From the NCBI GenBank assembly GCA_017503725.1, contig JAFVSL010000003.1, positions 6,236 to 70,235 of the forward strand: DNA of 64,000 nt, written 5' to 3'. Below are positions 29,639 to 39,400 of the stretch, one piece after another. Under the pieces are notes generated by a model. The model was not told where the DNA came from. It was given only the letters and a program-made list of their open reading frames with translations, and did not search any database. This DNA comes from Alphaproteobacteria bacterium (lineage in GTDB: Bacteria > Pseudomonadota > Alphaproteobacteria > Rs-D84). How positions within the stretch are numbered: the first letter of the stretch is position 1; every line of letters starts with the position of its first letter. The translations under genes and the position numbers were made by a program.

Positions 29639-31720
29639 ATGGTAAAAAAACTGGACGACGCAACAAGACTTTTAATCGAGTCTTTGCCAGAAAATTTGCA
29701 AAAATTGGCTGAATCCGCGATTGAGGTTGGATATATGTCCCAAATGGATTTTGCCAACGCCACCGCCGCTGACGAGGTCCCAGACGAAGAACAAGACGAA
29801 GTCTTGGATTTCTTTCAACAGGATTTGGGGCTAGAGGTCTTGGAATCAGACACATATGCACGCGATTTGGGCAAATACTATGACGACGATGATTCAGACG
29901 AACCACGTGATAAAACGCGTAATCTGTTAAATGCCGACGCCGAACAGGTTGACGTCAGTGACGATGACTATGAACATTATGCTAAACAGTTAGAACGCAG
30001 TCAGACTGGCTCGCTGGTACTGGGGGTCCAGGATTCTGTCCAATCTTATTTAAAACAAATTGGCACGGTCCAATTACTGACCGCCGCCGGCGAGGTTGCA
30101 ATCGCCCAACGTATAGAGGCGGCGTCCCGCTTGATGGTCTATGGTCTGTGTGAAAGCCCAATGACAATCCAGGCTATGCTTGATTGGTATCAACAGTTGT
30201 TAAACGAAGACATTCGCCTGCGCTATATCGTTAACCTGGAAGTAATGTATTCCAGTGAATCTGAACAAAAATCCCTGGCGGCATTGTCCGAGGCCCTGAA
30301 ATCCAAGGGGGTCGAGCACGTTGATGAATTGGACGATGATGACCTGGACGATTTAGCAGATGCCACCGTCGACGAAGAGGAAGAAGAAGATCTTGATGAC
30401 GATGAAGATGGTATCAAAAAAGAAGATACCCCACGCAGTACGTCTGGTGTTCCAATCCCCGTGATGGAAGAATCTTTGATGCCAATGGTGACGGAATTAT
30501 TTGCCAAGATAAAGCGCATCTTTAACAGTATGCAAAAATTACAGGCAAAACGCTTGGAAAATCTGTTGGTGTCCGATACACCGGATGCGGCCCTGGAAAA
30601 GAAATATAACAAAATGCGCCTGGAATTGTTCGAACACGTCAGCAAGATTCGCCTGAATGACGACCGTGTTGCGGAAATTCTGGAACAATTAACCAAACGC
30701 GACCAGTTGTTGATGGGACTGGAAGGTAAATTGTTGCGTCTGGCGATGGCTAACAAGGTTAAACGCGAAGATTTCTTGGCTGAATACGCCGGCAATGAAT
30801 TAAATCGCAACTGGGTTAAAAAGTTGGCCAAGCATAAAAATGCAGTATGGTCTAATTTTGCCAAAAAGCACGAAAAAGATATCTTGAAGATTCAAGAAGA
30901 CATCACCGCAATCGCAACCGAAACCGGCCAACCAACAACAGAATATAAAAAGGTTGTTGAACTGGTTCGTCGTGGCCAGGCCGAGGCCGCCCGCGCCAAA
31001 CGCGAAATGATAGAGGCCAACTTACGTTTGGTTATCAAGTTCGCGAAAAAGTCCAGTAATCGTGGTCTGGGATTGGATTTCTCGGACCTGGTCCAGGATG
31101 GAAATATCGGTTTGATGAAGGCGGTTGATAAATTTGATTATCGTTTGGGGAACAAGTTCTCTACGTATGCCACCAACTGGATTCAACAGGGGATCTCGCG
31201 CAGTATTGCCGACCAGGCACGTACAATCCGCATCCCGGTTCATATGATTGATAACATTCACAAGATTCAGCGTGCCACGCGCCAGTTTATGCATAAATAT
31301 GGCCGTCAGCCAACCGCCGAAGAATTGTCCAAGATTATCTATCTGCCGGTGGATAAAATTCACAAGGCGATGAAGGTTAACCTGAAACCTATATCCCTCG
31401 AAGCGCCCGTTGGCACCGAGGATGACAGTTCACGTATCGAAATCATCGCGGACGAAACGGCCAAGAATCCGTTTACATCGGCTGCGCAAAAGAATCTGCG
31501 TAAAATTGTTACCCAGATTCTGTCTGAACTGGACCCCAAAGAGGAAACAGTTCTGCGTCAACGCTTTGGTATGTCAACAAATAAAACCAGCACCCTGGAA
31601 GAGGTTGGTGAATACATCGGCGTTACCCGCGAACGTATCCGCCAGATTGAACAAAAGGCGTTGAATAAATTGAAACATCCAACACGTGCACGTAAATTGC
31701 GCAGTTTCTTGGAAGATTAA
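29639..31720 (+). CDS. rpoD: RNA polymerase sigma factor RpoD (sigma70)
   Basis: Acidic region 1.1 and a non-conserved spacer (DELDDDDLDDL...). Region 2 GNIGLMKAVDKFDYRLGNKFSTYATNWIQQ. Region 4.2 TLEEVGEYIGVTRERIRQIEQKAL. Confidence 0.95.
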   Translation: MVKKLDDATRLLIESLPENLQKLAESAIEVGYMSQMDFANATAADEVPDEEQDEVLDFFQQDLGLEVLESDTYARDLGKYYDDDDSDEPRDKTRNLLNADAEQVDVSDDDYEHYAKQLERSQTGSLVLGVQDSVQSYLKQIGTVQLLTAAGEVAIAQRIEAASRLMVYGLCESPMTIQAMLDWYQQLLNEDIRLRYIVNLEVMYSSESEQKSLAALSEALKSKGVEHVDELDDDDLDDLADATVDEEEEEDLDDDEDGIKKEDTPRSTSGVPIPVMEESLMPMVTELFAKIKRIFNSMQKLQAKRLENLLVSDTPDAALEKKYNKMRLELFEHVSKIRLNDDRVAEILEQLTKRDQLLMGLEGKLLRLAMANKVKREDFLAEYAGNELNRNWVKKLAKHKNAVWSNFAKKHEKDILKIQEDITAIATETGQPTTEYKKVVELVRRGQAEAARAKREMIEANLRLVIKFAKKSSNRGLGLDFSDLVQDGNIGLMKAVDKFDYRLGNKFSTYATNWIQQGISRSIADQARTIRIPVHMIDNIHKIQRATRQFMHKYGRQPTAEELSKIIYLPVDKIHKAMKVNLKPISLEAPVGTEDDSSRIEIIADETAKNPFTSAAQKNLRKIVTQILSELDPKEETVLRQRFGMSTNKTSTLEEVGEYIGVTRERIRQIEQKALNKLKHPTRARKLRSFLED

Positions 31721-31725
31721 ACCCG

Positions 31726-31749
31726 GCCCACATTTTGTGGGTCTTTTTA
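31726..31749 (+). terminator. rho-independent terminator after rpoD
   Basis: gcccaca-ttt-tgtgggt hairpin plus ctttttat. Confidence 0.65.
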
Positions 31750-31771
31750 TATAAACAAAAAGGAAAAACAT

Positions 31772-32455
31772 ATGCCATCTGGAAAACTTATCGCCGTCGA
31801 AGGGGCCGACAAGGCCGGAAAACACACCCAGGTTATGAATATTGTAAATTATTTAAAATCACTTGGAATTCCGGTGCAGACACTGGATTTCCCCCAGTAC
31901 AAGGCATTCTTTGGCCGTCTTACGCGTGATTATTTGAATGGCAAATTTGGCGCGACACGTGATTTGCCGGCCGAATATACTATGTTGCCATATGCGCTTG
32001 ACCGGCAACAGCATATGCCACTTATCAAAGGTTGGCTGGATTCTGGTAATTGGGTGATTCTGGACAGATATACATACAGCAACGCTTTTTCTATTGCTAA
32101 AACACCGCGCGAACAATGGGATTCAAAAATAAACTTTCTAGAAGACCTGGAATTTACAAATATGGGCATATTGCGTCCAGACTATAATATATATTTGTAT
32201 CTGGATCCGCGTGTGGCATACGAAATGCGCAACACCGGCCTGAAAGAATACCAAAATGGCAAGCCTGATATTCACGAGTCTGATTTTCAGTTGTTGTATG
32301 ACGTATCAAATGTTTATCGTCATATTGCGTCGCGCAATCCGGGGCAGTGGACAATTGTGGATGAAATGCGTGCGGATGGCACACGTATGAACATAGACCA
32401 GGTCTTTGATGTTATACGCCCAACAATCGATGGTATGCTGCAAAAGAAAAGATAA
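31772..32455 (+). CDS. tmk: thymidylate kinase family protein
   Basis: P-loop IAVEGADKAGKHTQ and LDRYTYSN (DRY/H-like) motif. Lid region less canonical. Confidence 0.7.
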   Translation: MPSGKLIAVEGADKAGKHTQVMNIVNYLKSLGIPVQTLDFPQYKAFFGRLTRDYLNGKFGATRDLPAEYTMLPYALDRQQHMPLIKGWLDSGNWVILDRYTYSNAFSIAKTPREQWDSKINFLEDLEFTNMGILRPDYNIYLYLDPRVAYEMRNTGLKEYQNGKPDIHESDFQLLYDVSNVYRHIASRNPGQWTIVDEMRADGTRMNIDQVFDVIRPTIDGMLQKKR

Positions 32456-32489
32456 AAGCGGCGGTATAATAATACCGTATTGATTTTTC

Positions 32490-32518
32490 TTGACATTTCT
32501 GGGGCGTTGCGTCATAAT
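32490..32518 (+). promoter_or_regulatory. sigma70 promoter TTGACA-N17-CATAAT for rplM-rpsI
   Basis: Perfect -35 at 32490-32495 and -10 at 32513-32518. Confidence 0.7.
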
Positions 32519-32556
32519 ATGCGCGCTATAACAAAATAAACAAGGGAAAAACAAAA

Positions 32557-33030
32557 ATGGCAGCGACAAAATCGTTAAAAAAGTGCGAATTAGATGCCAA
32601 ATGGTATCTGATTGACGCAACTGATTGCACGTTGGGTCGTTTGGCGGCATATACCGCAAACATCTTGCGTGGCAAGAACAAGCCAACATGGACACCAAAT
32701 ATGGATTGTGGTGACCACGTTATCATTATCAACGCGGACAAGGTTGCTTTGTCTGGCCACAAGGCTGACAAGGATCGTTTCTTCTGGCATTCTTTGTGGA
32801 CTGGGTCATTGAAATCACGTACCCTGGGCCAGATGCGCGAAGAAAAACCTGAAAAATTGGTTACAAACGCGGTAAAACGTATGATGGGTCGTCGTACGGC
32901 GGTTGCATTGGCAAACAAACGTTTGACAAAACTGCACGTATATGCGGGCGCTGAACACAAACACGCGGCCCAGAACCCAATCGTTATTGATTTCGCATCA
33001 TTAAATCGTAAAAACAAAAGGGGCGAATAA
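32557..33030 (+). CDS. rplM: 50S ribosomal protein L13
   Basis: [44 protein letters not shown] matches the L13 consensus. Confidence 0.95.
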   Translation: MAATKSLKKCELDAKWYLIDATDCTLGRLAAYTANILRGKNKPTWTPNMDCGDHVIIINADKVALSGHKADKDRFFWHSLWTGSLKSRTLGQMREEKPEKLVTNAVKRMMGRRTAVALANKRLTKLHVYAGAEHKHAAQNPIVIDFASLNRKNKRGE

Positions 33031-33515
33031 TGGCAGAAGCAAAAAAGACAGCCACAAAAGCTACAACTAAGAAGGCTGCAACGGCAAAAACAACTGCCAA
33101 GAAGGCACCTGTTGTTGCACCAAAATTAAACGACGCGACATATGCAACCGGCAAGCGCAAAGATTCTGTTGCGCGCGTATATCTGATGCCGGGCAAGGGC
33201 AACATCATCGTTAACGGCAAGGCATCTGCGGAATACTTCCGTCGTGCGGTATTACAGATGATTATTGCACAGCCATTCGGTGTTACAAATCGCGAAACTG
33301 CATACGACATTGTTGCCTTCGTAGAAGGTGGCGGTTTATCCGGCCAGGCGGGTGCCGTTAAACACGGTATTTCCAAGGCCCTGGAAAAGAAAGAACCAGA
33401 ATTACGCGCCACATTAAAGGCTGCTGGATTCTTGACCCGCGACAGCCGTGTTGTTGAACGTAAACACTACGGTTTCCGCAAGGCACGTCGTTCTACTCAG
33501 TTCAGCAAACGTTAA
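33030..33515 (+). CDS. rpsI: 30S ribosomal protein S9
   Basis: [10 protein letters not shown]...[19 protein letters not shown]...[25 protein letters not shown]. Lys/Ala-rich N-terminal extension. The start overlaps the rplM stop. Confidence 0.95.
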   Translation: MAEAKKTATKATTKKAATAKTTAKKAPVVAPKLNDATYATGKRKDSVARVYLMPGKGNIIVNGKASAEYFRRAVLQMIIAQPFGVTNRETAYDIVAFVEGGGLSGQAGAVKHGISKALEKKEPELRATLKAAGFLTRDSRVVERKHYGFRKARRSTQFSKR

Positions 33516-33528
33516 TACGTTTCTGGAA

Positions 33529-33560
33529 CAAAAAATTCCCGCTTCGGCGGGATTTTTTTA
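33529..33560 (+). terminator. rho-independent terminator after rpsI
   Basis: aaaaaattcccgcttcggcgggattttttt. Confidence 0.85.
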
Positions 33561-33625
33561 TTATTGCTTTCATATAAAAACAGTGTATAATCACCTGGCA
33601 ATTCTAATTAATTAGGGGAAAACAT

Positions 33626-34933
33626 ATGTTCAAAAAAGAAAAAATCAAAGATTTACATTATTCTGTAAATGGCGTAATTTCTGCGGACGAATTGCAGAAA
33701 TCGGCCGACGAAATTCTGTTGGAATACGGTAAAAAGGTTAAAATGCCGGGATTCCGCACGGGCAAGGTTCCATTAAGCATCCTGCGCCAGAAATACAACG
33801 CATCCGCATACGGCGAGGCAATCGATAAATTGATGAACCGTGATCTGGAAACATATGTCGCAGACAAGAAAATTCGCCTGGCTGGCGCGCCAAAGGTTGA
33901 CCTGTCGGGCTGGACCGTTGGTCAAGATGCCGAATATTCAATGGAATTCGATATTTTGCCAACTTTGCCGGCAATTGATTTGGAAAAAATCACTGTAACC
34001 AAGAAGGTCGCAAAACTGGACGAGAAAGAAGTCGAAACCGCACTGGAAAACATTCGCAAATCTCGCAGCACGGCCGAAAAACAGGATGCAGAATACAAGG
34101 CCGCCGACGGTGACACCGCTGTTATCGACTTTACTGGTTTTATTGGAGACGAAGCATTCGAAGGTGGCGCAGCAACAAAGCATCACTTGATTTTGGGCTC
34201 TGGTTCGTTCATCCCGGGATTTGAAGATCAAATTATTGGTCACAAGGTTGGCGATGAATTTGATGTAAATGTCAAATTCCCAGAAAACTATCACGCTGAA
34301 AACTTGGCGGGCAAAGACGCACGTTTCGCGGTAAAAATCCACGAAATCCGTAAACATATCTTGCCGGAATTGAATGATGATTTGGCAAAACAGGTCGGCC
34401 AAGAATCTGTCGAGGCTTTGCGTGAACACATCCGCAAAATCATCAACGAACAGTATGACGAAGCGGCCAAACGCGATATGCGTAACGAATTGCTGGACGC
34501 CCTGGCGGATAAAGTCAAACTGGATTTGCCAGAAACATTGGTTGAACAAGAATACAATATGGCGAAATCTGAATTTGAACATCAGCATTCCCATTGTCAC
34601 GATGAAAAATGCGACCACAAATGGGATGAAAAACAAGAACACAAAGACGCCGAACGCCGCGTTAAATTAGGCCTGATATTGGCGGAATGGGGCACCCAGA
34701 ACAAGGTAGAGGTCACACGTGAAGACCTGCAACAGGCCATCTGGGCCGAGGCCGCACGCTATCCAGATCCAAAACAGGTTTTTGAATTCTATAACAAGAA
34801 TCAGAATGCTTTGGCAATGTTGCGCGGAATGATTTTCGAACGCAAGGCCCTGGATGCAATGTTGACACACGTCAAGACCAAAGAAAAAACGGTCCCAGCG
34901 GACGAATTGTTCAAACAGGCATCTGTAAGATAA
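33626..34933 (+). CDS. tig: trigger factor
   Basis: N-terminal ribosome-binding GFRTGKVP motif, central FKBP-type PPIase (FIPGFEDQIIGHKVGDEF) and a C-terminal arm domain. Promoter TTGCTT-N16-TATAAT about 50 nt upstream. Confidence 0.92.
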   Translation: MFKKEKIKDLHYSVNGVISADELQKSADEILLEYGKKVKMPGFRTGKVPLSILRQKYNASAYGEAIDKLMNRDLETYVADKKIRLAGAPKVDLSGWTVGQDAEYSMEFDILPTLPAIDLEKITVTKKVAKLDEKEVETALENIRKSRSTAEKQDAEYKAADGDTAVIDFTGFIGDEAFEGGAATKHHLILGSGSFIPGFEDQIIGHKVGDEFDVNVKFPENYHAENLAGKDARFAVKIHEIRKHILPELNDDLAKQVGQESVEALREHIRKIINEQYDEAAKRDMRNELLDALADKVKLDLPETLVEQEYNMAKSEFEHQHSHCHDEKCDHKWDEKQEHKDAERRVKLGLILAEWGTQNKVEVTREDLQQAIWAEAARYPDPKQVFEFYNKNQNALAMLRGMIFERKALDAMLTHVKTKEKTVPADELFKQASVR

Positions 34934-34941
34934 ATATAAAG

Positions 34942-34968
34942 AAAACGCGCCACATGGCGCGTTTTTTC
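34942..34968. terminator. bidirectional terminator (tig / cassette 2)
   Basis: aaaacgcgccacatggcgcgtttttt. Confidence 0.85.
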
Positions 34969-34975
34969 TTGCTCT

Positions 34976-35455
34976 TTATTCCATCGCACACGCATCTGTA
35001 AATTCATATATGCCGGTGTCATCGGTATACGACTCGCCCGCGGGCGCGTACATTATGCAATCCCCGGATGGGCTTGACACCAAACACGATTCCGCCGTGC
35101 CAATGGCGATTGTGCCACTGGGGCAACTGGTTGCAAGGGTGATATATGGCCTGTCAATCGCGATATATCCCGCTGGACAATCCGTACTGGGCACATTACC
35201 CAAAATACACACACCGGCGTCACCGCATTTGAATCCACTGGCACAGGGTGGCACACCGGTGTAAACCGTCAGTGTGCTACTGGTACAGGTCTGTCCCAGT
35301 GTTGCCGCCGCCACACAGGTTGCCAGTGATAGACTACTCGTTCGCAAACATACCCCAGAATCACATTGCGTACTGTATAAACAATTTTGACCATTTGCGA
35401 GCCCTGCAATCGCGGATAACGGCGCCAGAGACATTAAAAATATCAATCGCTTCAT
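34976..35455 (-). CDS. secreted cysteine-rich protein with C-terminal G-E-x-Y-x-D-D-T-G...C module (159 aa)
   Basis: ATG 35455 with an aaggg SD 8 nt upstream (the track ORF begins at GTG 35464). Signal peptide MKRLIFLMSLAPLSAIAG. 15 Cys in the mature part. C-terminus CIMYAPAGESYTDDTGIYEFTDACAME. Starts 11 nt after the stop of the upstream gene. Confidence 0.75.
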   Translation of the reverse strand: MKRLIFLMSLAPLSAIAGLANGQNCLYSTQCDSGVCLRTSSLSLATCVAAATLGQTCTSSTLTVYTGVPPCASGFKCGDAGVCILGNVPSTDCPAGYIAIDRPYITLATSCPSGTIAIGTAESCLVSSPSGDCIMYAPAGESYTDDTGIYEFTDACAME

Positions 35456-35466
35456 TCGCGCCACCC

Positions 35467-35916
35467 TTAGTTTGATATTGAGCTAAACAGCGCGGACCGG
35501 AACTCGGGATAGTACTGAGCGTGCGTCGCACAATTGCCCGAACAGTAGAACGCGCAATTACTGGCGGGCGTGTATATGTTGGTGTATACCCAAGACGAAA
35601 CGGCCGGTTCAACCATCTTGCACCAGCAATAAAAATTGACTTCACTTGAGGCGTCGCTTAGCGTTGGTAATGCGCCGTCTGAATATATTGCATAATCCGT
35701 ATCGCCCTTTACATTAGAACACGCCGAAACTCCCTTAATCGGGACGTTGGTACCATCGGTGGTACAAGTTACCTCCCATTCGGCCGTACCATTCCAGTTG
35801 ACTGGCGTTGATGTACACGTGGTGGTTGATGAATCCAATGCCACGCATTGTTGTACCGCCATTGCGGGCACGGCAAGCAACGTGCCGACTGCGGTTAAGG
35901 TTAAAAGTTTTTTCAT
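35467..35916 (-). CDS. secreted cysteine-rich protein, 'YC[WF]C' family (149 aa)
   Basis: ATG 35916 with a gggag SD (the track ORF begins 13 codons upstream). Signal peptide MKKLLTLTAVGTLLAVPAMA. Core FYCWCKMVEPAVSSWVYT...CAFYCSGNCA. Confidence 0.75.
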   Translation of the reverse strand: MKKLLTLTAVGTLLAVPAMAVQQCVALDSSTTTCTSTPVNWNGTAEWEVTCTTDGTNVPIKGVSACSNVKGDTDYAIYSDGALPTLSDASSEVNFYCWCKMVEPAVSSWVYTNIYTPASNCAFYCSGNCATHAQYYPEFRSALFSSISN

Positions 35917-36161
35917 ATGTATCACTCCCTTTCTTTGTTCTTCGCGAAAAAACAAAAACCACCGAAAACTTTCGAGTGGTCAGGAGGTTAGAAACAATCT
36001 TGTGAATTGTGTGCTTATTCAATATATTCGCAACCCTCCTGACACTAATGTGCTCAGGAGTTTTATTTCATCAAAACACGACACGCCGGCAATTTACCAT
36101 TGCGTCATCTTTTAATGCACAAGTCGGGTTTCTACACCCCATTATGGCAAATCGCCATAAC
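35917..36161 (-). promoter_or_regulatory. conserved ~245-nt 5' leader (candidate cis-regulatory RNA) of cassette 2
   Basis: Mirror of 18191-18422:
- palindrome TTATGGCGATTTGCCATAA (36142-36160)
- 23-codon uORF (36071-36142)
- CTCCTGA/TCAGGAG helix with a different loop
- the same 40-nt invariant core
- AACCTCCTG
- hairpin plus T-run (about 35949-35980). Confidence 0.6.
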
Positions 36162-36167
36162 ACACCA

Positions 36168-36196
36168 ATTATAACTAAATCTTTCCCCTTACGCAA
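36168..36196 (-). promoter_or_regulatory. sigma70-type promoter TTGCGT-N17-TATAAT of cassette 2
   Basis: -35 at 36191-36196 and -10 at 36168-36173 on the minus strand. Same spacing and position as in copy 1. Confidence 0.7.
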
Positions 36197-36454
36197 TTGC
36201 AATGATAAATAAAAGTTTATCGCAGGAAGTACGAACAGAATTTTTTGCAAAAAAATTCTGTCATCCCGTGGCTTGACCACGGGACCCAGGTCATATTTCT
36301 TTTTTTATTTGCTTTCACCTGGATTCCGGGGTCAAGCCCCGGAATGACAAAAACGTTAAACGTTTTTGTAAACTGATTACCCCACTAAACTTTTATTTAA
36401 CGAAGTAATATTATGTATGCCAACACTAATCACTAACCACTTACGGCTCACCAC

Positions 36455-36480
36455 TAAAAAATCCCCCAAACGGGGGATTT
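36455..36480 (-). terminator. rho-independent terminator after the giant gene
   Basis: The minus strand reads aaatcccccgtttgggggatttttt directly after the stop at 36484. Confidence 0.85.
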
Positions 36481-36483
36481 CCC

Positions 36484-39400
36484 TTACCAAGACATATATC
36501 CGGGGTTACATTTACGTTCGCACTTTTTCGTGTCTGGATTCCATATCATTGTTCCGGTTTCGTCTTCGTATTCTTCACCAACTGGACAAATTGGAACGCA
36601 CTCATTATTTTCAAGGTTATACAATTCTCCCTGGTACATACAGGCCGCAATCGTACATCCTTCAATATAACTGCTTGCCGCGTCTTGCCCCAGTACGCTT
36701 TTGGCATTGCGACAGCGTCCACATTGTTTGTTTGGTTCGTCTGATTCATATGAATCATTTGTATATCCGGGTTCGCACGACGTTGCGATACATTCGCCCC
36801 ACGTGCCGCGATTTTCATCCCATTCACGTGTTCCCGTACCGTGTTCAACCGAGCACACCTCTACATCCGGGACACAGGCATTTGATGAAACGTGATATCC
36901 ATCAACGCATTCTGTAATCTTGCAGATTCCAAATGCGCCCAACTTGTTGTCCCACGTCTGACTGGCCGCATATGCGTTTGGTGCCGTGCAAGTTTTTACG
37001 TCATCTGCGCACTGGTCGCCCTCTGGATGGAATCCTGTATGACATTTCGCCACCAGACAGTTTCCATTTGGTTTGTACGCGGTTGCATTGGCGCGTTCAC
37101 ATCTCTGACAACGACCATCAATCAATTCATAGTCTGGATTACAAGATGTTTCAACGCACGTCTCGTATCCCTTGATTGTCTGAATTTCGCACGGATTTCC
37201 CGTCTCAGACATTCCCTTGAATGTACAAACATTGTCGTACTGTACGGTGTCACTGTCGCGTATTGCCATACCGCCCAAGATTTCGTAATCTTCACACGTT
37301 GTATAGCATTGTTCAATCTTGGTTGAACCCGCACCGGACAATTTATGTGTGCCACCCGTTAATTCATCACAGGTCATTGGTACGCCATCTGGGGTACCGT
37401 CTAAATCAATATCCGACCCAGACATTGCATCACAAACACTGTTTTCTGGGCACAATTCACATTGTGATTTATCCCCCGCCAGATAGTATCTTGTATCACA
37501 TACCTGAATTTCACAAGTGTCTGTCATATCCGCACCCTGATAGTCGCGGCCAACCATTGTTGTGACGTTGATCGGCGCATCACAGTCGCCAAAGCATTGT
37601 CCCACATTGGTCGAACCCGCATCTGATTCTGGGTAACGCCCATCAAACAGCGCGCTACACACCTGTGGTTCAGCATTCGCGACACCGTCAAATCCTGTAC
37701 GTGTGGATTCATCACAAATACTGCCGGCTGGACAAATATCACACTGATTATTATTGATGTAATATTTTTCATCACACGTATCCAACATACACGCCGTGCA
37801 ATCGGACGAATAATCTTCTGCATTCGTGTTGTATCCACAGGTCTTAATTCCGCCACCGTGTGCAACAGAGCAGGGCATTTCAGTCATAAAGCACGCGGAT
37901 GCATCACTGCTGGTGTCTGATTCTGTTTGTCCCGCGCGACCGTCAAATGTTGCACAACCCTGGCGTGCTGTTGGGCGTCCCTCGTTACCCGCATCTGCAA
38001 CCGGCCCAAAGAAGCCATAGCCAACCTTGGTACAATCCGTATCGCCAATCGCATTCCAATAGTATCCTGGGTCACACTTCTGGAACATACGCGCACGACA
38101 TTCCGTGTATCCTTTGTTCTCGGGCGAATAGATACAGTATTGGAATCCAGAACCGTGATCTGATGTGAATGGATTTTCCGCCTTGAAGCACGATGTAGAT
38201 TCCGCAGCATTATCGACGTTTGTGTCACCACCGTCTGGACATGGCGTTCTGTTCAAACTGCCTGGTTCACTGTACGCATCATATCCAACCGCCGTACAAT
38301 CAATTGCCGCCGCATTTTCACGATAGTATCCACCCTGGCACGTTGTTATATACTTGTCACGACAATTGGTCGCATACTTCGCACTGCCGTCTGCATTGTC
38401 GGACGTGTAATTACATACCTGGGTACCCGCGCCGTATGTCGCGTTGTATTCAACGGTCTTGTAACATTCACCGGCATCATCTGCGGTCGTCAGTGTGCCC
38501 GTCAACCCATTTTCTGGACACTCATAACGTTTCAGGTCATCTGTACCACTGTAATGGTTTATACCAACCTCGACACAGTCTATACCAGATACATAATAGT
38601 ATCCCGCAACACATTTCTTGACCGAATGGTCGCGACAGGAGGCATCATATGCCTTTGTGTCTTCATCATAGTTACACGTTTGTGTCCCACTGGCCTTGCC
38701 GGTTGTGGACGTGTATGCCAACCCTTGCTTATAGCATACACCACTGTTGGTCGCGCTTGCGCCACCGGCCGATATGCCACCATCTGGGCAAATTTCGTGA
38801 CCGCCAACGACACCCGTATCTGTTGGGTATGTTCCGCCCGGACACCAGTGATCGGCTGCACAAACAACACAATCTCCGCCCCGGCCTGGGTAATAATATC
38901 CAGCCTCACAGACCGTGTCGCCTTCGGACCAAACAACATTTGCGGTTGTATCGTTTGTTGTCACACGCAGGGCCGCATTTGTATTTTGCAAAGTACCCGC
39001 CGCATCAATAATCATAACGTCGCCGACGCTGTAACCCGCAAAGTTGTATCCAGATTTACCGGGCAGGGCACTCGTATCTATTGTTGTTAATGCCTTGTTT
39101 GCCGCTACATCTTCGAACCAGCCCACCGTGTATTTCAAATATACTGGTTTTTGTGTTGCGTTTTCTGTGGCATCACTTGCCACCAATTCAATTTTGAATA
39201 CATCTGGTTCCCAAATGGCGTACAGTTTTGTATCGCTACCGTTGGCCGAGATGTTTTCAGATGTTGCGACATTCGCGGCATAGCACGCACCCGAACCGTT
39301 CGCATTGGTGCACCATTTGTTCGCAGACACATATCCCGCACGTGCCAGTCCATCCGTCGCTGGTAACTTACAGGCGCCACTGTCAAATGTGCATTCGACA

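Larger units (their letters stand above)
35917..36418 (-). repeat. inverted duplicate, copy 2 (~500 bp)
   Basis: Reverse complement aligns with 17908-18422. Includes the same palindromic MITE-like elements (36240-36350). Confidence 0.9.

Noticed and set aside
17908-36418. The two ~0.5-kb inverted repeats as ends of a composite transposon or invertible segment.
   Set aside because: No transposase or recombinase lies within or next to the repeats. The 17.5 kb between them is essential core (rnj, lepB, rnc, secG, cysS, rpoD, rplM-rpsI, tig). Each repeat ends precisely at a start codon, so they are duplicated promoter/leader regions. Homologous inversion remains possible but would not change promoter-gene logic, because the whole regulatory block is duplicated.
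34940-36483. A direct repeat of the tRNA-Met 3' half (att site) that would mark the giant-gene block as an integrated island.
   Set aside because: Only a 9-nt chance-level match (agtggttag) was seen near 36425-36440. There is no integrase. The island hypothesis cannot be supported from this window.
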